Assembly (NCBI RefSeq): GCF_018977255.1
Contig: NW_024704742.1
Span: 128,900,001-128,964,000 of the forward strand
DNA length: 64,000 nt
Source of the DNA: Callorhinchus milii
Taxonomy: Eukaryota
Direction: 5' to 3'
Shown in pieces: positions 38,722 through 51,180 of the stretch (positions within the stretch are counted from its first letter, which is position 1; every line of letters starts with the position of its first letter). Under the pieces are notes generated by a model. That model ran no database searches. It worked only from the letters and a program-made list of their open reading frames with translations, and was not told the origin of the DNA. The position numbers were made by a program, and so were the translations under genes.

Positions 38722-39107
38722 GAAATCCATCTGGTCTTAGCCTTAAGACTGTTGTCTTAAAATAGATTGTGCAGAATTTTTGGAAAAGTCATAAATTCCG
38801 TCAAAATTTTGGAAAATGGTTTTATGCAGGTCTTATTAAGGAGTGGAAAACACGCTGCTTCCAAATTTAGACTGAATTTAAACGTTTTACAAAATTATGC
38901 ACAACCTTATTTATGTTGGAATTGCAAATGGACATTTGTGGGTTTGCAGATGGAATACCGTGTTCAGTTTAGCCCCCTCCCCCCTCTCCCATTACATAAA
39001 GTATGTCATGGAGCTGAATGGGGAATGTGCAGCACATATTCACGAGGATGATAACGGGAAGGGAGACAATATACATTTGAAGCGAGCCTGGTTCAATTGA
39101 TGTTTTA

Positions 39108-39512
39108 TCCTTGCATTCCTTTGATATATTTATATATTTGATGTAGAGCCTTATCACATCATTGAGATGTCTCAAAGGGCTTCACATGATACACTGTAAA
39201 GTGGATTGACTGTCTATTTTGTGGGCTAAATGTGGAAACCAGTTGCACACAGCAATGTTCCACAAACAGCCATGGAGTGAGTGACCAATTTTATTTGGGG
39301 GGATTGTTAGCCAGGTCGACAAGAGGAATAGTGCCATGGGATCTTTAACATCCACCTGAACTAACAGATGGGATCTCGGTTTAACATATCATCTGAAGAA
39401 TAGCACCTCTGACATTGCAACACATCCCAGCACTGCATTGGCATGTCAGTTTACACTGTGGTTCTAAGTCCTGGGATAGGGCTTGAACCCACAACCTTCT
39501 GACTAAGAAGTG
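39108..39512 (-). mobile_element. Old Deu-domain SINE, near full length
   Basis: Minus strand: head agtcagaaggttgtgggttcaagcc, Deu-like tcagaggtgc...ttaaagatcccatggcactatt, shared tail. Confidence 0.78.
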
Positions 39513-40890
39513 AAGCAGCCTGTTGCAGTGGTAGCACTCTCAGCTTTGAGTCAGATACAGCCCGACACACATATCATAATGTTAATATTAGTGAATCTCT
39601 CCATCCCGATATAGTTTGCCTTGCGAAGGATAAAGCAATGCCTCAGTTATTTTGAAGTACTCTTGTTTTGCACCATTGAAGCTCCTGTCATGACTCACCG
39701 ACACGCATGATTGTTTTCCACCCTTATGTGCTACAAGATATCTTGCACCGTTGAGTAATGTTCCATGGAGAACAGTCAGTAAAACAACTATGGTAAGATC
39801 TGCGGACATTGCAACTACTGTAGCCTCTTCATCAGCCTCTTGCAGTAGAAACGGTTCATTGTAACAATGCTACCAATATTTGAGGAATCCTTAAAAGAGA
39901 GAAGGAATTTTAGAAAAAGTCACTTTGTGGCCTCGCCAACAACTGCATGAAAACCAAAGAATAGTGGATAAATGATAGAGAAACATATGTGCAGATTTGA
40001 AAGCAGCCTGGAATTTGCACTTTAAATAGCATCAGAGTTTACATGCTCTTTGATGATTTATAATACCAACAACTAAGTCTACAAGAAAGAAAAAAACAAT
40101 CTTGCATTTCTATAGGCTTATCACAATTTTTAGAGTCTGGATTTAGTTTACTACGGTGTATAAATTCCACTGGGCTCTAGATTGGCTACTGATTTAGCAT
40201 TATGTAGAGCCTACAGATATTTGCAAATTATTAAAATGTTATCTTCATTTTAAAGCTGGGTTTCTGTAAGTTCTTTTAAGAGCTACACAAAGCCAACCTC
40301 AACGTCAAGACTGGATTCAACAATTTGCCAAATTCTAGGTATTCTGAAACGCTAAGTCAATGAAGGTTAATCTCAAGTGGAATTTTTACGTCCTGCACCC
40401 CTCTCCATATGCACTTCTACCTGCTCCAGCTGTGTTCTGAAACAGCTACCTGTACAATAAGCGCTGACTTCCAATTGATACTTTTTGTATACAATTGAAA
40501 ACAACAACTTGCATTTATATAATGCCTTCACACAGGATAGCGTCTCGGTGCATTGTATTGTGGCATGGCTTGATGCCGAGCAAGGGAGATAGGGGAGATG
40601 ATCATAGACACAGTCAAAGAAATGAGTCTTCAAGAAGGATTTAAAGGTAGATAAAAAAGGTGAGTTGGAGGGATCGAAGCAGAGAGTTCAAGAGATTAAG
40701 AATGTCGTGGCTGAAGGCACAGCCGTCAATTGGGGTGTGGAGGGGTTGGGATCAGATGAAATCGAACTCTCCAAATTGAATAATAGAAAATCGAGATAGC
40801 TGGCCCGCAATAGTTTTCATGTGAAGACAAAATATTAATAATCTATCAGGAGGTAATTTTTCAACCAAATTATGGTTCTTTAATTCTACA

Positions 40891-41215
40891 GTGGAGTCCT
40901 GTAGCTCAGTGGTTAGAGCACTCGCTTTGCAAGCGAGAGACCTGAGTTCAATTCCAGGCAGAGGGCGAAACCTTGGGCAAGTTTCCTTACTCCACACGCC
41001 TAATAATAATCCCTCCAAAAAACCAAAAACAATAATAAAAATTGGTCATTTTCAATCTACGACTGTTTGTGGGACATTGCTGTGCGCAATTGGCTGCTGA
41101 GTTCGCCCACAAATATACAGTCAATTCACTTTACAGTGTATTCTGTGAAGCGCTTTGGGGCATCCTCCCAACGTGAAAAGCGCTATATCAAATGCAAGGA
41201 TTATTATTATTATTA
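40891..41215 (+). mobile_element. Young tRNA(Ala-like) SINE, full length
   Basis: Near-identical to the copies at 10389 and 57042. Confidence 0.92.
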
Positions 41216-43169
41216 CAGAATAAATTGCAAGATTACTATACTATATACACTACCATCAAGAGTGTAAAGTATTAAAATAAAAGATAGTAATGTTATCAAA
41301 GGAATCAGACACAAGAGTTTATGAGGTATCTCGGAATACAGTTTCAGAATATCGCCATTTTAAAGTCTTCCGATTGACCGTCTCGCTTTCACTCCAGTAA
41401 GTAGATCACTCTCTCTTCAATGCAAACTTGCTTTCTCTCCAGCTATCATCTTATGTTATTCTTTTGACCTGATCTTTTTTCAACTAAAGCTTTGTACCGG
41501 ATGTTTTTCACACAATACAATACGTATCAAGCATGATTCGCTGAAGCCCATTCAATTTGAAACGTGGGAACAGGAATTTTGATACATCCAAGGGAAATGG
41601 TTTGTTTACAGCAAATAGCTTAAACAGGAGTACCTCATCTGAATTTGGCCATGAATGAAACTTTGAGACCTCCCAAAGTCACACACGCGTTGAATGGTTT
41701 GCTGAATAGTCCCTCTTTTACTTTTAAGAAAATTGATAAATGAAAATGCTAAAATGGTCAAAAGTTGTCAAAACAACTCTCTGTACTTCATAAGCAAATG
41801 TTGTTAAGTGAAGTAACTATTTTACTTGTAGGCAGATGTACCAGCTATTTTGAGCACTGCAAAGCCCCCAAAACAGCGAATTAATTAGTTGACCAGGAAA
41901 CTGTGACAGACGGCCTTTTATTTAGATCATATCAAAGGCTCCTCACGATGAGAGAAAATCTAATGCAAACACAGTGAGTAAGTCATCAAAATTTGGGGCA
42001 AGACTCCATAAAGTCTATCATTGTCAGAGTCAGTGCTGAAAAGTGTAGTGACTGTATTTGTAAGGAAATGTGGCAGCTAATTTTCACAAAGTAATGTTCC
42101 ACAAACAGCCTCACAATAATAATAATAATCCTTGCATTTGATATAGCGCTTTATCACATCTTTGAGACGTCTCAAAGGGCTTCACAGAATATACTGTAAA
42201 GTGAATTGACTGTATATTTTGTGGGTGAAATGTGGCAGCCAATTGCACACAGTCATGGATTGAAGTGACCAATTTTTTTTTGAAGGAATTATTACCCTCG
42301 GGAAAAGTGATCTGCCAATTAACTAACAGGGTTCCTACTTACTGCTAGGAAAACAGAGGTGTGTGGAGTAAGGAAACCTGCCCAACATTTCACGCTGCCG
42401 CAGATCAAACCCAGGTCTCTCGCTTGTGAGGCGAGTGCTGTAACCAACGAGCTACAGGACTCCATGATGACAGTATCATAACAACTTGTGAGGCATTTCT
42501 TTGTTAAAGTTCGCTGCCGTATTGATATACAAATACATAATTATTTCAATTACAGCAATTACCTGTGAAGCATTTTGAAATGTTTGGACATTATGGGGCT
42601 ATTATTAATAATGGATGGTTCATTCACGATATGTTTACATTCTCATTTTGCTTCCAAACCCTACAATAAACAGTGCAACATATAATAATTGCTGAGTGTT
42701 TGCCGAGAAAACAGTCGCTAGCCTTGAAAACAATGTAAAACACATTGATATGTCTCTATGTTAGACAGGGGTTATAAAAATGTGTCTTCAGATGTGGCAT
42801 TAAATTGAGGTCCAGGCTGCCTGTTCAGGTTAAGGATGAAAGATCCCATGGCACTGTTCAAAAAAAGAAGGAACTTCTCTTTGTTGTTCGGGTCAACAAT
42901 CCTCCATATAAAATTGGTCATTTGCAATCGGGACATTGCTGTGTTCACCTTCAGGTATAAATACAAAGTAACTACACTTTATGGTATATTCTGTGAAGCA
43001 CTTTAAGATGGTGCGACAGCGTGATAAATCTTTATAGCAAATGCAAAGATTATTATTTTATTATGATCTATCACAAGATGTACAGTTAAAGGTAATTCCT
43101 CAGTCTGTACACTAGATGGTGCCATTCTGGGACATTGCCTAACAACAGTAATAATAACTATAATTTTAA

Positions 43170-43478
43170 TAATCCTTGCCTTTGATATAGCTCTTTTTCA
43201 CCTCTTCTCGACGTCTCAAAGCGCTTCACAAAATATGCTGTAAAGTGAATTGACTGTATATTTGTGGGCGAAACGCGACAGCCAATTGCGCACAGCAGTG
43301 TCCCACAAACAGTCATGGATTGAAAATGACCAATTTATTATTGTTTTGTTTTTTGGAGGGATTATTATTAGGCGTGTGGAGTAAGGAAACTTGCCCAAGG
43401 TTTCACCCTGCCTGGAATTGAACCCAGGTGTCTCGCTTGCAAAGCGAGTGCTCTAAGCACTGAGCTACAGGACTCCAC
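43170..43478 (-). mobile_element. Young tRNA-derived SINE
   Basis: Complete head to tail. A second, 5'-truncated copy at about 43511-43817 interrupts the Helitron 5' end. Confidence 0.88.
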
Positions 43479-43491
43479 TCTACTATACTAA

Positions 43492-44846
43492 TCTATACTA
43501 ATAAAGACGAATAATGATAATTATAATCTTTGCATTTGATATAGCAAATGAGACATCTCAAGACATCTCAAAGACATCTTGAGACATCTCAAAGCGCTTC
43601 ACAGAATAGACTGTAAAGTGAATTGACCATATATTTGTAGGCAGAACACAGCAGCCAATTGTGCACAGCAGTGTCCCACAAACTGTCGTGGATTGAAAAT
43701 GACTAATTTATTATTGTTTTATTTTGGAGGGATTATTATTAGGCATGTGGAGTAAGGAAACTTACCCAAGGTTTCGCCCTGCCTGGAATTGAACCCAGGT
43801 GTCTCGCTTGCAAGGTGAAGTGTCTGTGTGTGTGTCTGTGTTTCTGCCAATAACCAATTGACGTAAAGACATGATTTATACGTCATGGGAAAGGTATTGC
43901 ATATGGGAGTTTCATGGGCATTTTTTTGGGGAGGTGGGGGGATCATTGATTTTAAAAAATGCTTTAATTGTGCTCCAAAATATGAGGTATGCATGGCATT
44001 CTGCAACAAGGTAGCAACAGAGGAAAGTATGCACCCTTCTAAAGTGATACATCTATACTAATATATTCTGCAAGAAATGAAGATGCAACAAACGTATGGC
44101 AGTTTTTTCGGGTTGTCATGGGAGCTAATGTCCTCCCAACAGAAGTCCTCCCAACCAGGAGTCCTCCCACTGAGTCCTACCAACAGGAGTCCTCCCAATG
44201 AGTCAAGCGCTCTGAGATGCTACCCTGCATGGAGGGTGCTGTTTAAGTACAAGTTGTTGTTGTTGTACCCACTCAGTCCTCCCAACAGAAATCCTCCCAC
44301 AGGAGTCCTCCCAATAGCACATTTTCTTAATATTAAGGGAAGATGCCTAGGAAGCGAAGATCAAGCCTTTCGCAAGACAAAAGAGAGAAGGCCGATTAAA
44401 TTAAACTGAAAGAACAAAGAACAGCACAGCTGGACTTCAAGCCGAAAGGACTGCAAGAGCAAGGCAAAATGAATTACCTGCTCAAAGAGCAGCATTGGCT
44501 GGACTTCGACGCAGAAAGAACATGGTAAAATGAATTGCACGCTCAAAGAACAGCACAGCTGGAATTGAATACTGCAACAACTACAACAACATGGCAAAAT
44601 AAATTGCCCACTCAAAGAACAGCACAGCTGGACTTCAACACCGAAAGACATGCAAGAACACGGCAAAGTGAATTGCCCGCTCAAAGAACAGCCCAACAGG
44701 ACGTGGACCCACAAAGGCATGCAAGAACACAACAGGAGTCCTCCCAGCCAAGTATAGATAAAGACGAAATGTGTCTGTCTGTGTGTCAATCTACATTCCA
44801 TATTGGATTCTTTGGTTGCAAGCAAAGCTGTAATGGGTACAGCTAG
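43492..44846 (+). mobile_element. Decayed composite Helitron
   Basis: 5' a|TCTATACTAATA and 3' gggtacagCTAG|t termini, a tgtctg microsatellite near the 5' end, MPRKRRSSLSQ at 44343 and five 61-69 bp repeats at 44416-44740. Confidence 0.72.
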
Positions 44847-47089
44847 TTAGGAAATAAAAACAGACTTGTTGGAAATCCACAGCAAGTCAATCATTATCTG
44901 TGAAATTCAGGTTGGTGTTTTGGCTATAATCCTTTACTAGAACTAATATCAGGGACTGAGAAACCCTGATATAGAATTGAGAAGGACACGTTGCATGGAT
45001 TACAAAAGGACAATTCATTTGGTGGTCCTGTATAACCAAGTTTCTTCACCATTTATATGGGCAAATATCAATTTAATGGGAATTTAGTGTGCTAGCTCAC
45101 CTTCAAAGTCATGTTTGCTCAAGACTGTTAACGGGACACTTCTGTGCGCAATTGGCTGCTGCATTTCACTCACAAAATACACAGTCACTCCACTTTACAG
45201 TATACTGTGTGAAGTGCTTTGAGATGTCCTGATGACATGATAAGGTGCAATATCAAATGCAAGGATTATTAGTAGTAAGACTGGCCAATTGACAAAAGCC
45301 ACTATATTGTGAGCTGCATAATCCCACTGCCTGTGTTTTTTATTGCATCTTGTAATTCACCAACATGTGTCCATCTTCATCTGTCTGCAAATGTCAAGAG
45401 TCTTTTCATAGCTAGTATTTCATGATATTCTTCTTTCAAAGATATGTGAGTCTTTCTCCTGGCTTTTCCTTAGTAATATTCCCTTCCTAATCCAAATTTA
45501 GGTGTCAGCCTGGCTCATTTTATAGTTCCCTTATCTCCGAGTCAGAAGGTTGTGGGTTCAAGCACTACATCTAATACTGGGTCTATGAGATCATAGTCAG
45601 GGTGTTTCATCTGGTTCCCCTTCTTCCCTCCATTTCAGCTGGCCCACCCATTCTCTCCATACCCCACCAATGTTATGTTGTGTTTCTGGAAGTAAAACAC
45701 AAAAATATTGCTAATGTGGCCCATGGACGTTTCTTAAGTAGGGCAACCACAGCAGCCAAAAGGTTGAATTTCCCAGGTCTCAGCTGACAATCCAATGGAG
45801 TGGTGAGGGATCGCGGCATTGTTGGAGTTGCTGTCCTTTGGATAAAGTGTCAAACTGAAGTGTGTGTCTGTTCAGGTGGATGGTAAAGATCCCATAGCAC
45901 TGTTTGGAAAAAAAAGGCAGGTTTTCCCAATGTTCTGGCCAGCAATCACCAGATTGTGCATTCCCACCCCACCTTGTTCATTCTCCCTATTTGTGTGCCA
46001 TTGCCTTGCACAGATGGCTGCTGTAATCTCTTCACAGGATCTACTGAAACTATAGTATACTTTGTAGGTGAATTTTGTAGATTGGAAAGAATTGTCCAAA
46101 AATTCTTTTATCCAGCCTTAGTTTGGAAGCTGCATTCCTGCCAAGTTTAAAAGCAACTGGCTTCCAAATTAAGAGTGGATTTAAGAATTTTCTTCAATTC
46201 TGCCCAATCTTATATTTTAAGACAAATGGTCTTAACAGTCTAAGACTGGGTGGGACTTCAAGCCATCAATCAGTACAATTTTTGCAACCCCAACATCTAA
46301 CATGCCTGGTTTCCAGCATTTGTTTTATTCAAGCAACAATGCTACTTACTGTAAGTTTAAAACGTGTTTGGGGATACATAATTGTGAAGAAACACTGAAG
46401 GAAGTGAACCACAAGCCCAAACCACATAAACCCATAACCCCAAACCACCCTAATAGTGACTCATTTCTTTCCTATTCACACGGTTCGCAGTCTGCTATTA
46501 AATTGTTCATGATTTGAACTGATGTAATTTTCCAGGGCGAGCAACAGCAGTCCATCTCTATGGAAAACAGACTGAAAACTAATCGCCTTTTCCATTCTCT
46601 GCTGAAAAAGAATGCTTTGCACGAGAAAGGTAGAGAGATTTGATCCGAGTTAGAGAAGTCTGAAATAGAAATAACTGTAATCCAGGGTCTTATGTGGCAT
46701 ATTATAGGATTTATGAACATCACACAATTTTGAAAACATTTTGGATTTCATGCTTAGATGCTATTTCTTGATAATATTCTACTGAAATTCCTCCAGTGTT
46801 ATTGCCAAGATCAGCAATCTTGACGTTTAGTAAATCCTCTGATTTGGCATCTATTTTTAACAAGTGCCTTGTATCATTAGGATGATACCATGGATGATTT
46901 TTGTTTCCGTCAGCTGGGTGTCTGACACATTCAGAAACCCATTGCCATGGTTAAAGAGTATTAAAACCAAACAATGAGTTCCACATGTGTATCCCACCTA
47001 CGTATGGAAATTTCCCTGCGTTTGGAATGGAATGCACACTCACTCCTTGGAACAATAGATCCTGCTTACCTAATTTGTTGAGTTCAATC

Positions 47090-47460
47090 TAACTCAATGG
47101 ATAGCACTCTCATCTCTGAGTCCGAAGGTTGTGGGTTCAAGCCCACGTTAGCCTGACTTGATACTCTAATGAAGTTCTGGGGTGAGTTGCATTGTTGGAA
47201 GTGCAAACAATGCAACAGATGAGGACTTAAACTGTGGTGCTGTCTGCCTGTTCAGGTGGACCTTACAAATCCCATAACACAATTCAAAAACAGAAGGCAG
47301 TTTCTCCCGATATCCCGGCCAGCAGTCCCTCAAAAATGGTCATTCACTTCATGGTTATTTGTGGGACAAAGCTGTGCACAAATAGACTTTAACATTCGCT
47401 TACAAATACACAGCCACAAGATGAAAGGTGCTACACCAAATGCAAGGATTATTATTATTT
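47090..47460 (+). mobile_element. Old Deu-domain SINE
   Basis: tRNA head (tctgagtccgaaggttgtgggttcaagccc), Deu-like middle and L2-type tail. Confidence 0.7.
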
Positions 47461-48659
47461 GCTATTAATTCTGAAGAACATTAGGTTAGCAAGAGCCAAG
47501 AGTAGGGACTCCAGAGGGTGCCTTAGTGTTTTACCAGGAACAGAAGTTAAAGCAGCTGGGGAAACAGCACATCCATGCTGGTCTGAATTACCTTCTACTG
47601 TGATTTGAAGCATTCTGGCTTAGTTGGTAGCAATTTTACCTTTGAACAGATGGTTGTAAGCCCAAGGCCCACACCAGGACTTTTATCTCAGTTTGATGCT
47701 TCAACAACAATAAAAACTTGCATTTATGTTATGTTCTTCGTGTGGTGTGGCTTAAGGGAGGCATGGCTCAATGTCAAGCTGGAAAGGAAGGAGAGGTGAA
47801 AGAAGACACAACAATAACTTCATAGCGCCCTTCATGCCAGGTAGTGTCTCAGAGTGCTTGGACGAAGAGGAATGTCTTCATGTATGATTTGAAAAGAGGC
47901 AAAGAGAGAACAAGACAGAGGGATAGAGACAAGGAGTGCCAGAGATTGTGGCTGAAAATACGGCCGCCAGTGATGGAGCAGAGGGGGCGAGGGACATGCA
48001 GCAAATCCAAGACAGCTGATCGTAGGTAGTAGATAGAGAAGTGGATATGGGAAGTAGAATTTTGAATCATTTGGTCCTTGTTAATAGTGGAGCTGGGGAA
48101 ATGGGCTAACCGGCTAAAAGTAGGACATAACCTGACAGTGAATGTAGCCATTTAACCAAACAGATACAGCGACAGCTGGAGGTTAGACAGCGTAAATAGT
48201 AAAAGATTATTCCCACTGGTCAGTGAGTTATTAAACAAGAGAGCATGAATTTAAAATAATCACAAAAGCAATTAAGGGGATGGTTAAAAAATGTTCCTTG
48301 CACAACGGGTGGTTGGAACGTAAAATTCTCTGCCACAAACCATAACTGAGGTGGCAACCATAAATTTGTTGAAAAGTCCATGAAATGTTATGGGAAGAAA
48401 TCGTGAGAATGGTATTAAATTAAGTGGTTTGCATGAAGAACCTGGATTTCCTAAGGCTTGATTCTACACTATAATATTCCATGACTACATGATTATTCTT
48501 CAAATAAGGACCTAACTAACGGGTCTGGCCTGAATCCAATTGTTAGGTAGAGGAAAACTAATTATTTCACAAATGCACTCCTGAGAATATAAAGTACAGT
48601 ACAATATATACCACTAGCAAAGAAATGCATCACAGGTAAAATGGAAACAGTATTTATGA

Positions 48660-49310
48660 TTTTTACATTTGATGTAGCACCTTATCACGTTGTTGAAACA
48701 TCTCAAAATGCTTCAAGGGATTTTATTGTAAAGCATCATGACTATATAGTCAGCTATTTACAAATAGCAATGTCCCATAAATAGCTATAAGCATTTGTTG
48801 GCTGGGACACCTAAAGGAACGCCCTTCACTTTCTAAATAGTGTTATGGGATCTTTAATGTCCATTTAAACAGGCAGACGTCCTGAGATCTCAGTTTAATG
48901 CCTAATCTAAAGGACGACAATTCAGGTCTCTGATGCAATGCATTGGAGCGTCAAACTAGACTATGAGCTATGTGAAGCTGCCTAGCTCAGTGGTGGCACT
49001 TTTGTCACTGAGTCAGAAGGTTGTGGATTTAAGTCCCATGTCGGGATTTGGAATCACATAGTCTTAGCTGACAGTCCAATGCAGTGTTGGTGGTGTGTTG
49101 CCTTGTCAGAGGTGCGTTCCTTTGAATGAGACATTAAACAGGTCTGTCTGATGTTGAAAATCCGATGGCACTATTTGAAAAGAGAAAGGAGTTTCTCCCA
49201 GTGTCCTGGCCAACAAATCTCCCAAATAAATAAAATTGGTCATTCAATCCGTGGCTGTTTGTGTGGCATTGCTGTGCACAAACTGACTCTGCATTTTGTC
49301 AACAAAACAT
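48660..49310. mobile_element. Two old Deu-domain SINEs in divergent orientation
   Basis: Minus copy about 48660-48965; plus copy about 48975-49310 with head ctagctcagtggtggcac. Confidence 0.7.
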
Positions 49311-49484
49311 CAGGTTGCACCTGAAGACCTTCCTATTTGACCGTGCCTACGTTCCCACCACTCGGCATCATGCTTCGCCATTGTGGAGCACTATGGGTTG
49401 CTATGTAAATGAAAGTTTTGTTGTTGAATTAAGTAGACAGAGATGAAAAAGTAGACAATAAGGGAAGTAAATGGATAAATATAA

Positions 49485-50290
49485 TAACAACAACAAAATT
49501 ACATTTGTATAGCACCTTTCACGTCAGGAGGATGTCCCTGGGCACTGGACAGTCAGAGTTTCGGACCCGAACTGGAGGTTGGGATTGGGGAAGGTGGAGG
49601 GCGGGGTGGGGGGAAGCAGGGTGCTCAAAAGCACGGTTGAAGAGGAAGGCCTTGAGATCGGTTTTGAAGGAGGCAAGGAAGGGGCTGAGGTGGAAGGATT
49701 GCGGATGTAGTTCCAGAGGGTGGGGGCAGAGTGGCAGAAGGCTTGCCCTCCAATGGTGGGTTGGGCAAGGCAGAGGACGTGAAGCAGGCTGGAGCCCGCT
49801 GAATGGAGGGAGCGGGCAGGATGGTAAGGATTAAAGAGGTCGCAGAGGAGGGGGGAGCAAGACCATAGAGGGCTTTGAAGGTGAGGACCAGGATCTTGAA
49901 CTGTATCCTCTGTGTGATGGGAAGTCAATGGAGTCGGGCGAAGATGGGCGTGATAGCATCACAGAGCCTGGTGCGGGAGAGGACACAGGCTGCAGAGTTC
50001 TGGATGATGTGCAGTCTATGGAGGGAGGAGTTGGGGAGGCCGACAAGCAAGGAGTTTGCATAGTCGAGCCTCGATGCAGTGAACGCGTGTATGAGGGTTT
50101 CGTCAGCCTGCAGTGTGAGACAGTGGAGGAGCCGGGTGATGTTGCAGAAGTGGGGGAAGGCAGAGTGGGTCATGGTACGGATGTGGGCTAGAAAGGATAG
50201 TTGAGGGTCAAACAAGATGCAAAGGCTCTGGACTGGCTTAGTTAGGTGGAGTGTGCATCCATGGATGGTGATGCTGTTAGCGCCTGAGGT
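49485..50290 (-). mobile_element. L2 LINE 3' fragment (longest in the window)
   Basis: LFDPQLSFLAHI...ETLIHAFTASRLDYANSLLVGLPNSSLHRLHIIQNSAACVLSRT...ITPIFARLH (ORF 49925..50404). A plus-strand L2 3' end of a second tail type abuts it at about 50291-50510. Confidence 0.9.
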
Positions 50291-50529
50291 GTGGAGGGCA
50301 CTAGGCTCTGGAACTGCCTTCCTCACTCCCTTCACCTCGCTCCCTCCCTTCCTATTTTCAGGTCTCTGCTGAAGACCTTTCTTTTCGACCACGGCTTTGG
50401 TCACCTTCCTCCCGCTCCCTCTGGCTCAGTCCCAGGATCCGTTACTGTGAAGCGCTCTGAGACGCCGTCCAGCATGGAGGGCGCTATATCAATCCAAGTT
50501 GTTGTTGTTTATATATAGACTGTTGTCAG

Positions 50530-51180
50530 GAAAATATTAAAGGCAGACTGAAGTGGGAATAATAAAACACCTAGAAATGTATAGAATTATAAGAGATGCA
50601 CATGACTTTAGGAAATGAAACATGTGACTATGTTTTAATCTATTAAAATTCTTTGACAAGATAATGGAAATTGTGGTTAAGGGGAAGTCAGTAGTCCTAT
50701 ATATTTAGATTTAGACAGAGTGCCATCCAGGAGATTGGTTCACAAGATTGGAAAAAATGGAATGGGATAGATTGGAAATTGGCTAGATCATAGGAAACAA
50801 CGGGGAGTTAGACATGGAGCTATATTGGTACAGGAGGAGGTAATCAATGGATTCCTCAGGGATGGGTGCAATGATTGACAAATGATTTGGAAGTGAAGGC
50901 ATAAACCAGGATATCTAAGTTCAATATGAACTGAGGCAGTTAGGAATAACAGGGATCTGATTGGCCAAACACAGTGAGATCTGGATAGATTAGTGATTTG
51001 GGCTAACAAGTGGAAAATGTTATTTAATATGGATAAAAGCATATTTGGGATTGGGGGATGAGAATAAACAGTAGGAATAGTAGCTGAATGATATTAATCT
51101 AGAAAACAACACAGGAAAAGGATTGGGGAGATGGGGATTGATATATTGACTGCTGAAATCATTGCCATTCTATGGCAAAG
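50530..51180 (+). mobile_element. Decayed CR1 LINE RT fragment
   Basis: Remnants resembling NLxxFFD, YLD..DRVP.RRLVHKI, IGNWLDHRKQR and G.PQG, with many indels. Confidence 0.6.

Noticed and set aside
44416..44740. CRISPR-like array
   Set aside because: Eukaryotic context, and the units are diverged whole tandem repeats without unique spacers; explained as Helitron coding repeats.
49485..50510. Twin-priming inversion of a single L2
   Set aside because: The opposed fragments each have their own 3' end of different tail types, so they are independent insertions.
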